This document shows positions 51,016-63,635 of a DNA stretch of 64,000 nt, one piece after another. The first letter of the stretch is position 1. The number at the start of each line of letters is the position of its first letter. The notes beneath the pieces are model-generated. The model saw only the letters and a list, made by a program, of their open reading frames with translations. It did no database searches and was not told the origin of the DNA. Made by a program: the position numbers and the translations under genes. This stretch comes from Patellaria atrata CBS 101060 (lineage: Eukaryota), in contig MU006095.1 of assembly GCA_010093705.1 (NCBI GenBank), positions 806,001-870,000 on the forward strand. Direction: 5' to 3'.

Positions 51016-54000
51016 ATGAATAACCCGCGATCAATATTCACAGGCAGTTGCACCAGCACAGACGAATCGGCGGCAAGGTCAAAGTCCAGGCGATTGAACA
51101 CACCAGAGTACAACGAGGCCTTGAACGCGGGTCTCGAGGCGTCACGTTCTTTACTCTCGCAAGCTCCAACTAGACCCTCGTCACGTCATCTGCCATCGTT
51201 ACCTCCTTTATGGGACACCAACATCGAAGCCGAACTTAAGAATCCGCCAAAGACATCCCACGAAGTACCGCCTCCACCTCCGTCCTCTTCGTTCCAACTA
51301 CCACAAGAGCAGGCAATAAGTAAAAAGCGAAAACTACCTGAATCAGAGCTTGAAACCTCCTATTACACACGTCTTCCCGATAGACCGCGGCTGAAGAAGA
51401 GGCATGTTACAACGTCCAGTGCTCGTACCTTAGAGCGATTCCAATTCTCTGGTCCGTCCATCAACAAAACACAACCACCTTCGCCACTCTTCTTTTCCAA
51501 TAGCAGGCGTGAGCGGCCACGGCTACCAGCTCGTTTTTCTAGTTCCGAGGCGGCGGCAAGGATGCTTTCCAAGACACACGGTGAAGACACTGGAATAAAG
51601 ACTGTTACTCTTGCAAGAGGCACACCTGTTGGTAGTTCGCCAAGCGGCGGAAGTGGCTCTTCCCTTGCTCGTACATCTTCGGATCGATTGAGCTTGTCTG
51701 GTATAATATCACCGGATGGAAAGGAAAAATCGGAAACGGTACGCCTTTTGGGTCAGGTGGGTGTTGTTGAATTACTAGAGCAAGATGCAAGACCCACGTT
51801 CATTGTCGACCTGGGAGAATCCTATAATTATACACCTGGTCCGCTTCGATTAGCCTTTTTAAATCGCACGTTACGTGGGCTTCCGGGCCTTATAGATTCA
51901 GTCACTGGTTACGCTATCCAGGATGCGTCGAACACAGATTTTCAGCAATTCAAGAGATGGATAATGGGATTGAATGGCCAAGGGGGAACTCCTGTTATAC
52001 CCTTGCCTTCCTACAGCTTCGCGGGAGTATCATGGACGTGCTCGAAGCTGCGGAATAGACTGCGAGTCGTTTGTTCGACTCAGGTAATCTCTTCAACCAG
52101 TCAGTCGAATTCTTCTATGTCAGGATCGCACGTAACTTCCAGTGGTGAGTCCAATGCACTCACAGCTAGCTCCAATGAAACAGAAACTAGCATCTCTGCT
52201 GCAACACGCCAGCACTTGGAATCAAGCAATGAGCCACAAGATTATTTCGGCGCAGCCGCTCCTAAAGCTGGAGAGGTTCCATTACCGAAGACAAAGGATA
52301 AAATGGATACTAAGAACGTGGACTCCTCTCATGAGCCAGATACCACGTCAAATAGCAATAATGATAGCAATAGCAACGCATCGGCATCCTTGAATGATGC
52401 TCTACACTCCAGTCTAGATCTACCTGTAGTGGGTAATAACTTCTCAGTTGCGTCTGTTAGTGAGGTCGCCTCCTCTCTAGACATGCATCCTTCCTTGACT
52501 AACGAGTGCGTCCTTCTTGCTGTAACTACGGCCGATGTTGACTCGTTTTGTAGCGCGATACGATCTTCTCCAAAAGAGATTGGATTCTTTGATTGGACTC
52601 GTTTACCGCTCACGGATTCCCTGCCCCGGCACATCAGATTTGCACGTAGTATCGATTGGGCGAATACAGCACTCGGGCCTATCGAATTTTGGTCAGCTGA
52701 CCTTCGACAAATGTGCAATCTTATCATGGCCAGCCCTCACCCAGCTGCAATGTATTGGGGAGAAGACCTTGTAGCTATTTACAACGAAGCATATATACTT
52801 CTTGCCGGTCAAAAACATCCAACCCTCATGGGACAAAGCTATCGCGAAGCCTGGAGAGAGATCTGGGCAGATGTCGAGCCTGTCTTTGCTAGCGCAAAGC
52901 AAACCGGGCAAGCAACGATGAAGGTAGGTACTCTTAAACATTCTTATAGCTAATTGACTAAGCCCTCGTTAGGATGATGATTGCTTGTTTATCAAGCGCA
53001 GTGACTATCTTGAGGAGACCTACTTTTCCTGGTCTATCATCCCCATGGTCGGTACTGACGGTGCTGTCTCGGGGCTTTATAATCCTGCATTCGAGAAGAC
53101 GCGGCGGAAAATTGCGGAAAGACGAATGCTGACACTACGTGAAGTTGGTGAGAGGACCGCGTCAGCCCGGGATGTGAAGACATTCTGGGAGCAGGTCCTG
53201 GCTGCCCTTGAAACTAATGAACATGATACTCCTTTCGTACTGCTATACTCAGTCTCTGATGATTCTGATAGCGACTCCTCTTCCATCCATTCGAGTAGCT
53301 TGCTGGGCACAAAGATATGTTACTTGGAAGGCGCGCTTGGCGTACCTCCCGACCACCCGGCGGCCCCAGAACAGCTAGAATTGAAGACTAGCCCAGAGGG
53401 ATTTGGTCCAGTCTTCCGTGAAGTTATGAAGACAGACAAACCGGTCATGCTCGATGTATCGTCAGGTGATCTTCCCTCAAAGGCTATAGAAGGCCTGGAA
53501 TGGCGAGGCTTTGGTGATCCATGCCGCGCAGTAGTGGTGTGTCCGATCAAGCCGACAACAGGAGAAAATACATTGGGATTCCTTGTTCTAGGCATAAATC
53601 CTCGGAGACCATATGACGATGATTACAGTCTGTTTATACAGCTCCTGAGCCGGCAACTTGCCACTTCCCTCGCATCGGTTGTCCTCTTCGAGGAAGAGAT
53701 TCGAAGAGGCCAGCAAGCGGCTAAACTTGCTGCTCAAGACCGTATAGAACTTTCAGAGCAACTAGCAGCGCGGACTCAAGAGGCTAGAGAGAGTGAGACA
53801 AGATTCACACGCATGGCTGAGTTTTCTCCCGCTGGATTGTTTATTGCGGACTCCGCAGGGCACGTAACTTATTGTAATGACACCTGGTATGAAATCTCGC
53901 GTGTAGCTAGAGATACTAGGAGCACCGATCGCTGGATCGATGCCGTTCTAGAGGAAGACCAATCTCTCGTAAGGAATTTATGGGCAGAGCTAGTCGAGCA

Positions 54001-55897
54001 CACAAAACCTATAAATGCCGAATTCCGCTTTAAGGCCCAGTGGGAAGACCGTAATGGCAATAAAAGCGATACGTGGGTGCTTTTCAGCGCTTATCCGGAA
54101 AAGTATGAGGAAGGCATGCTTAAGAGTGTCTTCGGCAGTATCACCAATATCAGCCAGCAAAAATGGGCAGAGGGCTTTCAGAAGCGAAAGATGGAGGAGG
54201 CAGTTGAGCTTAAACGTCAACAGGAGAACTTTATCGACATCACTAGCCATGAGATGCGAAATCCACTGAGCGCAATATTACAGTGTGCGGACGAGATATC
54301 CTCCTCGTTGACTGAATTTCGTTCCACCAATTCTACGACCATATCGGATGAATTAATCAGTAGCAATATTGATGCGGCTCAGACGATAGCTCTTTGTGCG
54401 CAGCATCAGAAACGCATAGTAGATGATGTTTTAACATTATCGAAATTGGATTCGGCAATGCTACTTGTGACGCCTGTTGATGTACAGCCGCTTAACGTCG
54501 TGCAGCGAGCTCTTAAAATGTTTGAGGGAGAATTAGTAACTGCGGACATTGAGATGACTTTCATCATTGATGATTCGTTCAAAGAGCTGGGGATCGATTG
54601 GGTCCGACTGGATCCCTCTCGAGTGCTCCAAGTACTCATCAACCTCACAACAAATGCCATCAAATTCACCACTACCGAGAGCAAACGTACGATTGCCGTT
54701 ACAATTGCTGCCTCTAAGGAAAAGCCATCGACAATTGAGAGGCGTCTTGTTAACTATTTCCCTACTAGGTCGAAGAGGGTAGATATGACAGGGGGTATCG
54801 ATTGGGGATCCGGCGAGGAGGTATATATCCAATTTGCTGTCCGAGACACCGGCCGAGGCCTCAGCGAAGAAGAGAAGAAACTGCTCTTCCAACGCTTCTC
54901 TCAGGCGAGTCCAAGGACGCACGTCCAATATGGTGGATCCGGATTGGGGTTATTTATCTCACGCGAACTTACAGAACTCCAAGGCGGCGAAATTGGCGTT
55001 TCATCCGAGGCTGGCAAAGGTAGCACATTTGCCTTTTACGTGAAGGCGCGGAGAACAAACCCTCCCACGGAACCAGAGGCCATGCCCCATTCCCTAGGAA
55101 AACAGCCTTTGATCGACCCTAGCAAACTGAAAGTGAAGCAGGAACCTGTCGTCAAGACGAGGGATTTCGCCGTTCCTGTCTCTGGCGATGTCAAAGCATC
55201 GTCTGATGATCCTAAGCGCTCGCTACAGGTATTAGTTGTTGAAGATAAGTAAGTCATTTGCGCTGCGTCACTATATCCTTTTCGTCGCTAACCGTAACAC
55301 TTTAGCCTCGTAAACCAACGTGTTCTCAAGAAACAGCTCCAAAACAGAGGCATTGTTGTTCATGTCGCCAACCACGGCGGAGAAGCCCTCGACAAGCTGC
55401 AGAGCTCACAATACCACGTAGATGCCAGAGCCGGCGCTTTCCCTCTCAACGTTGTCCTTATGGACCAGGAGATGCCGGTGATGGACGGCTTACAGTGCAC
55501 GCGCACCATCCGAGAGTGGGAGCAGAGCGGGAAGCTTGTGTGTCACGTACCAATTATTGCGGTTACGGCGAATGCGAGAACAGCACAGATAGAAGCATTG
55601 ATAACCGCTGGAATGGTGAGTTGCACCCGCAGTTTTTCTTACCATGACCTTTCGTCTGGATGGAGTTTGTTAAATGTTAATAAAATGTAGGATGACGTGG
55701 TGTCTAAACCGTTCCGCATCCCGGAACTCCTTCCAAAGATACAGGAGCTCGCAGCCAGATTTCCGGGACCGTGCGTACAACCATTAGCGAAGTCATCAAG
55801 TCCCGACGCAGCGGTTAAGGCGATTGCGGAAGCCAGCGAGAAGATGAAGAGTCAAGCGGGGGCCAGAGACAGAGCTCGACCGGGGAGTTCGATCTAA
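51016..55897 (+). CDS. Hybrid histidine kinase (PAS-like, GAF-like, PAS, HisKA, HATPase, receiver), group XI-like, 4 exons
   Basis: DWANTALGPIEFW, H-box FIDITSHEMRNPLSAI, N-box QVLINLTTNAIKFT, G1 DTGRG, F-box FQRFSQAS, G2 GGSGLGLFIS, receiver VLVVEDN..LMDQEMPVMDG..KPF. Introns near 52924-52972, 55249-55305 and 55616-55690. Confidence 0.95.
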
Positions 55898-57634
55898 ATC
55901 TTTCCTATCTTTCACGTAACGAGAAACGCTTTATGTGCATGGTTGCATTGGCATATTTGTCCTTGGGCACGTAAGGGGCGGCGTATATGTCCTTCTTGCT
56001 TCCGCTATTCTGTGTTCAGCGCTGTAAATATAGGGATGGCGTGATGCATTATCTATTAGACTTTGCGGTGGATGAGGTGTTAGGGGCGCGTGCACGAGGG
56101 AATCGCCTTACCTAGGAGGTGTCTGGAAAGGGGATAGAGTACGAGAGTTGTATCGGATGTCCAGAGTATCCAAGGCCCCTGAATAACTTGCATACTAGAT
56201 CAGCTATTTGCATTTGACGGTCATCGATCAAGCACTCATCAATGTCTGATGTTTGAACAGTGCTTTTGCTCTTCCGTGAAATTGCTAAAATGGAATGGGC
56301 CGAGCTATGCTACGACTATGGTACAGTACATCCGCGGGCTATGAGTTCGAGTTCAGGGGCTGAGCCGGTTTCCTGGAGACAATGCACCAGATGGTTCCTA
56401 CTTAAGACTAGACTGCACCGGGCCCTATGGAAACTTGGTTCAATGATTCCATCGGATGACTTCTCATAGCTTGGAACCGTTTATGAACCCGGTGCAAGTC
56501 CGTCTCTGTTCCGATCGGGTCGGAAGCTTCCCGTTCCATGGTACGCTTTTCGGAGCGGGTCTCCGTCCGCGGTTGGCGATCGGGTAGAACTATCTCACAG
56601 ATCAGGTTTCTCGCCTCGTACTTCCATCCAGCTGGAACCTTAAAGTCACCTCACGAAAATCATCCATCACATGGAATTCCATTGCTGGATCTCAGTATGG
56701 GTTCATTTCTCATCAGTCTATTCCTCGTCAAGAAGCGGCATATCTAGTTCTATAGGTGATTCTATTACAGTGATTAAACCATCATTGGATGTTTAGGCCC
56801 TAATGTCCTGAACTCTACAAATGTCAAGCAGCTCAAGCGACTTGGGCTTTGGTCATAAGCTTCGCCCTCGCACTTGGTTTCCGCAATTGCGATACCTTAC
56901 CGTTAGTTCAGTACTAAGGAATGCACCACAATGGTCAGCCAACTTTTCTTCAAACCTACAAAGAACTACCAGGAGCACGGAACGTTACTAGCAATAGCTT
57001 TCTCTGTAAACCACCTACGTATTCTAGCACTCCAATCATATGACCGTTAAGCTACCGCGAAACTAACTATGACTGTATCAGGAGAGACGTCCGCGCTCAT
57101 GGGTTACTTTCATGATCAACGTAAGCGGGTATGTACTGTACCTGGCCCGGGGAAATCGGTCCTCCCTTGACCTTTGGGGGGTCAGCCAATAAATTTTCGA
57201 TCTAGTTGTTCTAAGTTCGAGGTGGACTTTGACTCTCAAACTCCTACCTACCGTGCGATTTCTTCAAGAGCTATGGAAGTCTCGTTTCGTTCAAAGGCCA
57301 ACCGAGACCTAGAGTAGAAATACGCTGAAAACAAACCGGTAGGTCCCGAGGAGCATGACAATGTTCTTGACGAGTCTCCTGAGACCGAAATCGAGCATTC
57401 GGGCAGCAGGCTTGCCGCAGAGAACATATGTCAGTTAGACTTTGACTAACATACTAGCCTCCTAAGGCGGGTTCCTAGGTGTTTTGGCATCTGTGGCTCA
57501 CTTAGCATGAGGAAACCCCGCCTAGAGAACCAGAACACTTTGTACATATAATAATACATACACTTCTCGTTTCCGAAATACTCATACAACAAGACACCAT
57601 AAACTCATGAAATACTCACATTCCTTTTGAAGAT

Positions 57635-59295
57635 ATGCCTCAGTTCCGACCCGATTCTGAGCTCCCGTTCATTTACAAAGCTAAGACGATAGTGGCCATC
57701 TCAGCCGGATTTGCAGTAAGTATCCCGGTATACGAGTAGTATTAGGTAAATTGAAACTGATTGAATGCTCTTTTAGGTTCTTGGATTTGTATGTTTCATC
57801 GCGCCCGTTTCGTCAATTATAACCTAATCCTGCACCACAGATAGCCGTATTCTTACGGATATACTGTCGACTCAGACCAATATATTGTTTTTGGTGGGAT
57901 GATGCTTTAGTTCTTGTTGCGTTTGTAAGACTTTTCCCTATTCTAAACTTTTCAGGAGGGATTCCTAATTCATCTGGATAGATAACCTCTACTATCGGAA
58001 ATATCATTGTATGTTTATGTACGTATGGTATCTAAGTGCACATATTACGCCGGTGCCCGACTGATCCCGGTTCTAGTACCTCAGTATGGCCTGGGACAGC
58101 ACGAAGGCGATTTGACTTTGCTGCAAGGAAGGGACTTTCTTTATGTACGATTATACTTTACCACTCCTCTCCTCATACTCCCTCAATCCCCACTCCCTCA
58201 TTTTCTCCCCAATACCCAAGTCAAACTCCACCGTAACTGATAGATTGTTTAACAGTGGATCCAATTTGCGAACTCAACGTACGCTCTATCTACAGGCTTG
58301 ATCAAAATCTCGATTTTGATGCAATACATCCGCCTAGCTGGCGTATCCCACCGCACATTCCGAATAGTCTGTTCTTGGGTCACCGCAGTCGTAACCTGCT
58401 GGTGCATAGCATACTTCTTCGTCGTCGTCTTCGCATGCAACCCGAGAAGGCGATCTTGGGAGAAATGGGTACCCGGTAAATGTTTCGGCTACGGCTCCCT
58501 CGACGTCACAGAGCTTCTAGTTGCGTAAGCTCCCCCAACCTTCAGTACCAGCCCGGGAATCCCAAGCGCCTGACACAAGTTCCAGGTACGCTTCCCACGC
58601 GGGCTCCAACACCGTCTTCGACTTCATAGTCTACCTCCTCCCGATCCCGATCCTGCGCACCATCAACCTCTCCAAAAAGAGCAAACGCGGCCTCATCGGT
58701 CTCTTCTCCGTCGGCGCTGTGTAAGTTCTCCCCAAGTTCAAACAACCACCCCACTTTCCTTTCCCCCAACCCACACTAACACCCCCCCAAAAGCGTCTGC
58801 ACAACAACAACCGCCCGCCTCCTCCTCATCCTGATCTCCAAACTCGGCAACGACCGCACCTCGCCCGACCGCACCCACCACGCCGCGCCCGTCGTCCTGC
58901 TCGGCTGCCTCGAAGTCATGATCGCCATCACCGCCGCCTCGATCCCGACGTTCTGGCCCCTCATTTTACGGCTCAGGGGCAGCGGGATCTGGGTTACGAG
59001 TGAGGTGCGTGTGGAGAGCGCGCCCATGACCGGGGCTGATAAGGGGTATACCGGGAGTGATGGTGGGAGTGACGGGCATGAGTTGACGCTTGTGGGGACG
59101 GGGAGTAGTAAGGGAGGGACAGGGACGGGTTGGCAGGATGAAGATGAGGTCAGATTGGTTAGGGGGTATGGACATGCTTATGTTGAGGAGTGGGCGAAGG
59201 GGAAGGGGGGGGTGGTTGAGGCGGGGGCGGTCGAGGAGGGGAATATGATTAGTATTGAGAGTGCGAGGGTGCATGTTCTTAAGGAGGGGAAGTGA
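57635..59295 (+). CDS. PTH11-like/rhodopsin-domain integral membrane protein (no CFEM domain seen), 8 exons
   Basis: Spliced: IAVFLRIYCRLR....WWDDALVLVA..YGLGQH..LIKISILMQYIRL..FACNP....W......C..FDFIVYLLPIPIL..LFSVG..LEVMIAITAASIP. TATA-like element near 57547. Confidence 0.88.
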
Positions 59296-59505
59296 AGTAT
59301 TCTTAAAAAGTTAAGGAATTGGGGGGCATGGATCTGTATTTTAGGTTGGGTTTCGGGTATGCGCGTATGGCGCGGTTATCCCTTGTAGGAGTCGTGGTTT
59401 GATATGTATTTGTATACAAAAGAGGGGAAATATTAGAAGATTTCATGGATATTGCTATCAAAACAAAATCTTATATTCTATCTCGTCAATCGTAAAATAT
59501 ATCTA

Positions 59506-61603
59506 TCACGACATCCCCATCCTCATCCCCAACCCCCGCACGAACCTCACCTCGTCCGCCTGCCTCTCCAGCGCCCTCCTCATCTTGGCCCCAAACTCCC
59601 TCTCCTCCCTCGCTCTATCCTCTTTCTCCCTATCCTCCTCCATGCGTTCCTCAAAATCCTCCGGCAAGAACCGCGGACGGGTGTTAAACCCCACCAACCC
59701 CAACCGTCCATCCCCAGTCCACACGACCAAGTCATCATTCTCTAACCACGCATCACCGCTGCCGGTGTAGCCACCAGTAGAATTCGCAAGCGTAGGAACA
59801 ATCTTCTGCACGATATCCCCAGCCCCAGACCCCTCGCGCGGCCCAGAAAACAGCCCGCGATTCGTGAGCACGAAACTCGTCTCCGCAGCATCGACGTTGA
59901 TATTGAAGCTCCTGGTCGGGGTGAAGCCGTCGCGCTCAACCCAGCGAATATTCCCGTCGCCGTCGGAATACACGATCAGCGTGCCGTGCGGCGCCACCGA
60001 GAGCAATTTCGACCCGCTCGCCGTCTGTCGGTTCTGCAGATACAGATTCCGGTTGCGCCCTGCTGTCGCGTCCGTGCTTAGGATCCCGTAGCGCGGGTCG
60101 TCGCTGAGGCCGTAGAGTTCCAGGCTGCCCTTGCCCTTGTACTCTCCTGCAGCGATGAGCGTGCTGCCGGGGATGTTCTTGACGTCGCGCACCTCGCTGA
60201 TGGAGAGTGCGGCGTCCCGCAGCAGGTCCATTTCGCGCGGGACGTAGGGATGGGGTAGGGAGGTCATGGCGCTGATGCGGGCGCCGGAGTGGATTGTCCC
60301 GCGCACGCGGGGGAAGTAGCGGCGGTCATAGTTGAGGATGTTGGTGAAGCGGCCGCCGACCCAGATTTCGCCGTTGCCGGTCCAGGGGGTTGGGGAGAGG
60401 TGGAGTATTGATAAGGGACCTGGTTGGGATAGGGTGGCGTATGCCTGGCCTAGATCCCCGGTAAGGAGTCTGTGGAAGTCGTTGGGCTGGCGCGCGCTTC
60501 CGCTGTTGATGATTTCGCAGAGTACGTCGAGGGAGGGGTTTGAAGTTGAAGAAGGGCTCCGTGGGTCGTGGAGGTGCAGTGTCATGTTGGTGCCTATGGT
60601 GAGGGGTGTGGGATGGCTGGATTCTGAGAGAGCGGTGATTGGGAAGGGGAAGGTGTCCCGAGATATGAGTTGGAGTGTGTTGAGGTCGACCTGGTTGAGG
60701 GTATTTTGGACAGCGAAGAAGCCTTTTCCTTGCGCCCTGTCTAAGCTGACGCATTCTACCGCACCAGTTTCCGTCATCATTGCTTTGCTTTCCGCAAGTT
60801 CCGGTACTTCTCCGTTCGATCTTTGCGTCAGAAGCCTGGTCGCGCTCTGGTACAACAACTTGCCCTGTCTACGATCTTCTGAATCACCCGTATCTGGTCG
60901 AACATCCCAGACACCGACACTTCCATCTTCAATCGGCGCAAATATCTTATCCGCAATATCCCCATTATTGTCATACAGCACCCCCAAGCCTGTGACCGTC
61001 ACATATCTTTGATTCTCCCCTTCCCGCTCGACACTACCCATCCTCTCGAACCAATTCATTGATATCAGTGCATGTCGATGGATATACTCCCTATAGAAGT
61101 TCACCTTCTCCGACGGGTAACTCGGATCCCAATTCGCCAGCGCCCTCTGCCTCTCCCTCGCAGCCGCTTTATGCGCCTGCATCTCCGCATTTGGAGCCGT
61201 GGAATCATTTACATTGTTCGGGGCGTCCTGCGAAAGAGTGGAGACGGCATTAACGAGGGCCACGAGGGAGGGTTGTAGACGATGCGTCAGGAGATGTTGC
61301 CGGGTTCGGTTTACTTCAGCCCGCGAGTTCTTAAAGCAAAGACGTTTCCAGAGATTATCGTCGCGGGAAACATGGAGGAAACGGCGGGATATACGTTGGA
61401 TGCGGGCGATGTCTTCGGGTTTGACGTCTGTATGTCAAGCTGTCAGTCAATTTGAACATCAATTGGAAGGGCATGGGTTACCAATCTGGATTGTTCACCG
61501 TACATGAGAGTATTTGAATGATTATCTCGGACGGGAGGCCGTCCAGTGTCGGACTGGGTGGTTTATTGAAAGTAGCCATGAGGGAATATGGGTTGGTGGC
61601 CAT
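59506..61603 (-). CDS. F-box protein with a C-terminal WD40-like beta-propeller
   Basis: ATG 61603 (or 61579), F-box LDGLPSEIIIQILS/YVKPEDIARIQRISRRFL..SRDDNLWKRLC split by an intron. DGSVGVWD, VGGRFTNILNYDRR and AGEYKGKGSLELYGL motifs. Confidence 0.88.
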
Positions 61604-62283
61604 GATGGAAAGGAATTGGGGGCGGTGGGGGTTCAGACGATGACAGTTGACAGTTGACGGCTTCAGAGAGCTTCAGCCCTACTGTATTTACCAGTTTACG
61701 TCGGGTTTCGATGAAGTTCCAAAGCATCCCACCGGGCCGTGAACGGGCTGGCAGGGGTGAAGATCGGAGCTCGGGCCTTGTCCTCCCCTTTCCCTTCTAT
61801 CAACATCATAAGGGATTGAGTATCTACAGAAATTAGATTTGACCATGTCTTTTTTCCACGGGAGCTGTTATTTAGATTTTTTATACAGTAGGGGGGAAAA
61901 AGAAAAAAAGCAAAACAGTTCCCACCCGCTCCTATCCATTGGACGAGCGGCATGGTACTTCTGCTTGAGGGCATTATCCCCTCTCTCAGGTTCGACCTCT
62001 GGACCGGTTGGTTCTGGCCTGATCGGTGTGGTGGGGGTTTTCACCACTAGGCCATGGGTATCTGAGATATGGAAAGAAGTCACGGTTTGTTTATTGATTA
62101 CCTACAAGTGGTAGGAACGTGTTCAGGCGGGGGCGGTGGGCGTTAAGGTATAAAAAAGGGTTTGTCAAAATAACAGCTCCCTTTCTATAGCTTCTTCATT
62201 GGAGCAAATACGGCAGTCCAAGTGTTAGTTTCATCAATTAGAAACGATATCTATTTGATCCAAAATCATTATCGCTATATCCT

Positions 62284-63635
62284 CTATCCTTTCCAACCCA
62301 ACCGTTTCTTTACACACTTCAATACATATACTAACGACACCAGTACAGGAACCTCGATCAAGGGACCGACAGTGCTTGCCAAAGCTTGTTGACTACCCGC
62401 ACCATACACTGCGACAACAACCGCAATAGCAAGCTCGAAGTTGTTGCTTGCTGCTGTGAAGCTCTGTGTACAGCTTACTCTATAACCAAAGCCTAGTTTC
62501 CAACATAGCACGGCCGTGCCGCCAAATGTCAAGAGAAAATAGACGATAAGTGGCGCCGCTACTCGAAGAACAGAGGTGATCTGTTCAACAACGTGTGCAC
62601 CTTGAGACGCAAACAACACTATGATTGTGTAAATCAGTCCCAACAAAGAGAAAGGGCCGATGAAACGTATAAATTTGTGTTGATAAGCTTGCTCCCCAAG
62701 AAGTTTTCGAAGGACAAACCGAGTCAGGATTGCGGCTCCCAGTGGAATACCTAGGCCATGTCAGATAAGCAGTAACAGAAAAAAACAACAAGAGGACTCA
62801 CCAAGAAACACAGCAACACTCGTTGCGGTCTTTTCATAGGACACATTTGTATCACTATCGCTATGACTAACAACACGTAGGTAGAATATTGCAAAAGGGG
62901 CGAAGAGCACAATCTGGAGAATACTGTTGAAGGCGACTAGAACGGCACAATAGTCACCATCACCCTTGGCGAGGTCTGTCCATATCAACACCATAGCGAT
63001 GCAGCGAGCTATGCCAACATAGATCAGCCCTTCTCGTAACTCTTGCCGGTCAGGGAGGAAAGCCCATGCTAATCCAGTCATGAGGAGGGGAGCAAGTATC
63101 CAATTGAGAACAAAGGATAGGAGGAGATGAATATAGATCTCCCGCTTCTTAAAGATAAGATGGAGGGTCTCGTAGCGAACTTTGCAAAGAATGGGGTACA
63201 TCATTACGAGAAGACCAATGGCTGAGATACGTTCAGTATGATCTCGGAAATGTAAATAGGGATGTGAGACCTACCAATGGGTACACTGACTCCTACAAAC
63301 TCTCCTTTCTGAAGGGCAGGACCGGTGGAAGGAACAAAGTTCCCCAGTATTATTCCAAGTGCCATAGCAATGATGATCCAGAGCACGAGGAATCGATCAA
63401 GAAAAGATAGTCCTCTTAGGGGAAGAACATCATTATCACAACCATCGTCACAGGTTTCGATACCATCATCTGGCGTGGTGTTAGCATTCTCTAGCATCCA
63501 GGTGCACCGGGACATACCAGGTAGTTTCACTGATGGCCCACTTTCGACATCCACCTCTTTGAGGCCTCCTACCGTATCATGGTAGTCATGCACAGGTTGG
63601 GTCTTTTCCGCGACTGAATGTTCTACTGTATTCAT
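62284..63635 (-). CDS. ACR3: ACR3-family arsenite/antimonite efflux transporter
   Basis: LSFLDRFLVLWI, VGVSVPIA.GLLVMMYPILCKVRYE, NWILAP, GIARCIAMVLIW, VAFNSILQ, SFTAASNNFELAIAV and VGPLIEVP motifs. Three introns. Confidence 0.95.

Noticed and set aside
56488..56585. Cluster of CGG/CCG triplets between the kinase and the PTH11-like gene
   Set aside because: No repeated fixed spacing. Cannot be distinguished from local GC richness.
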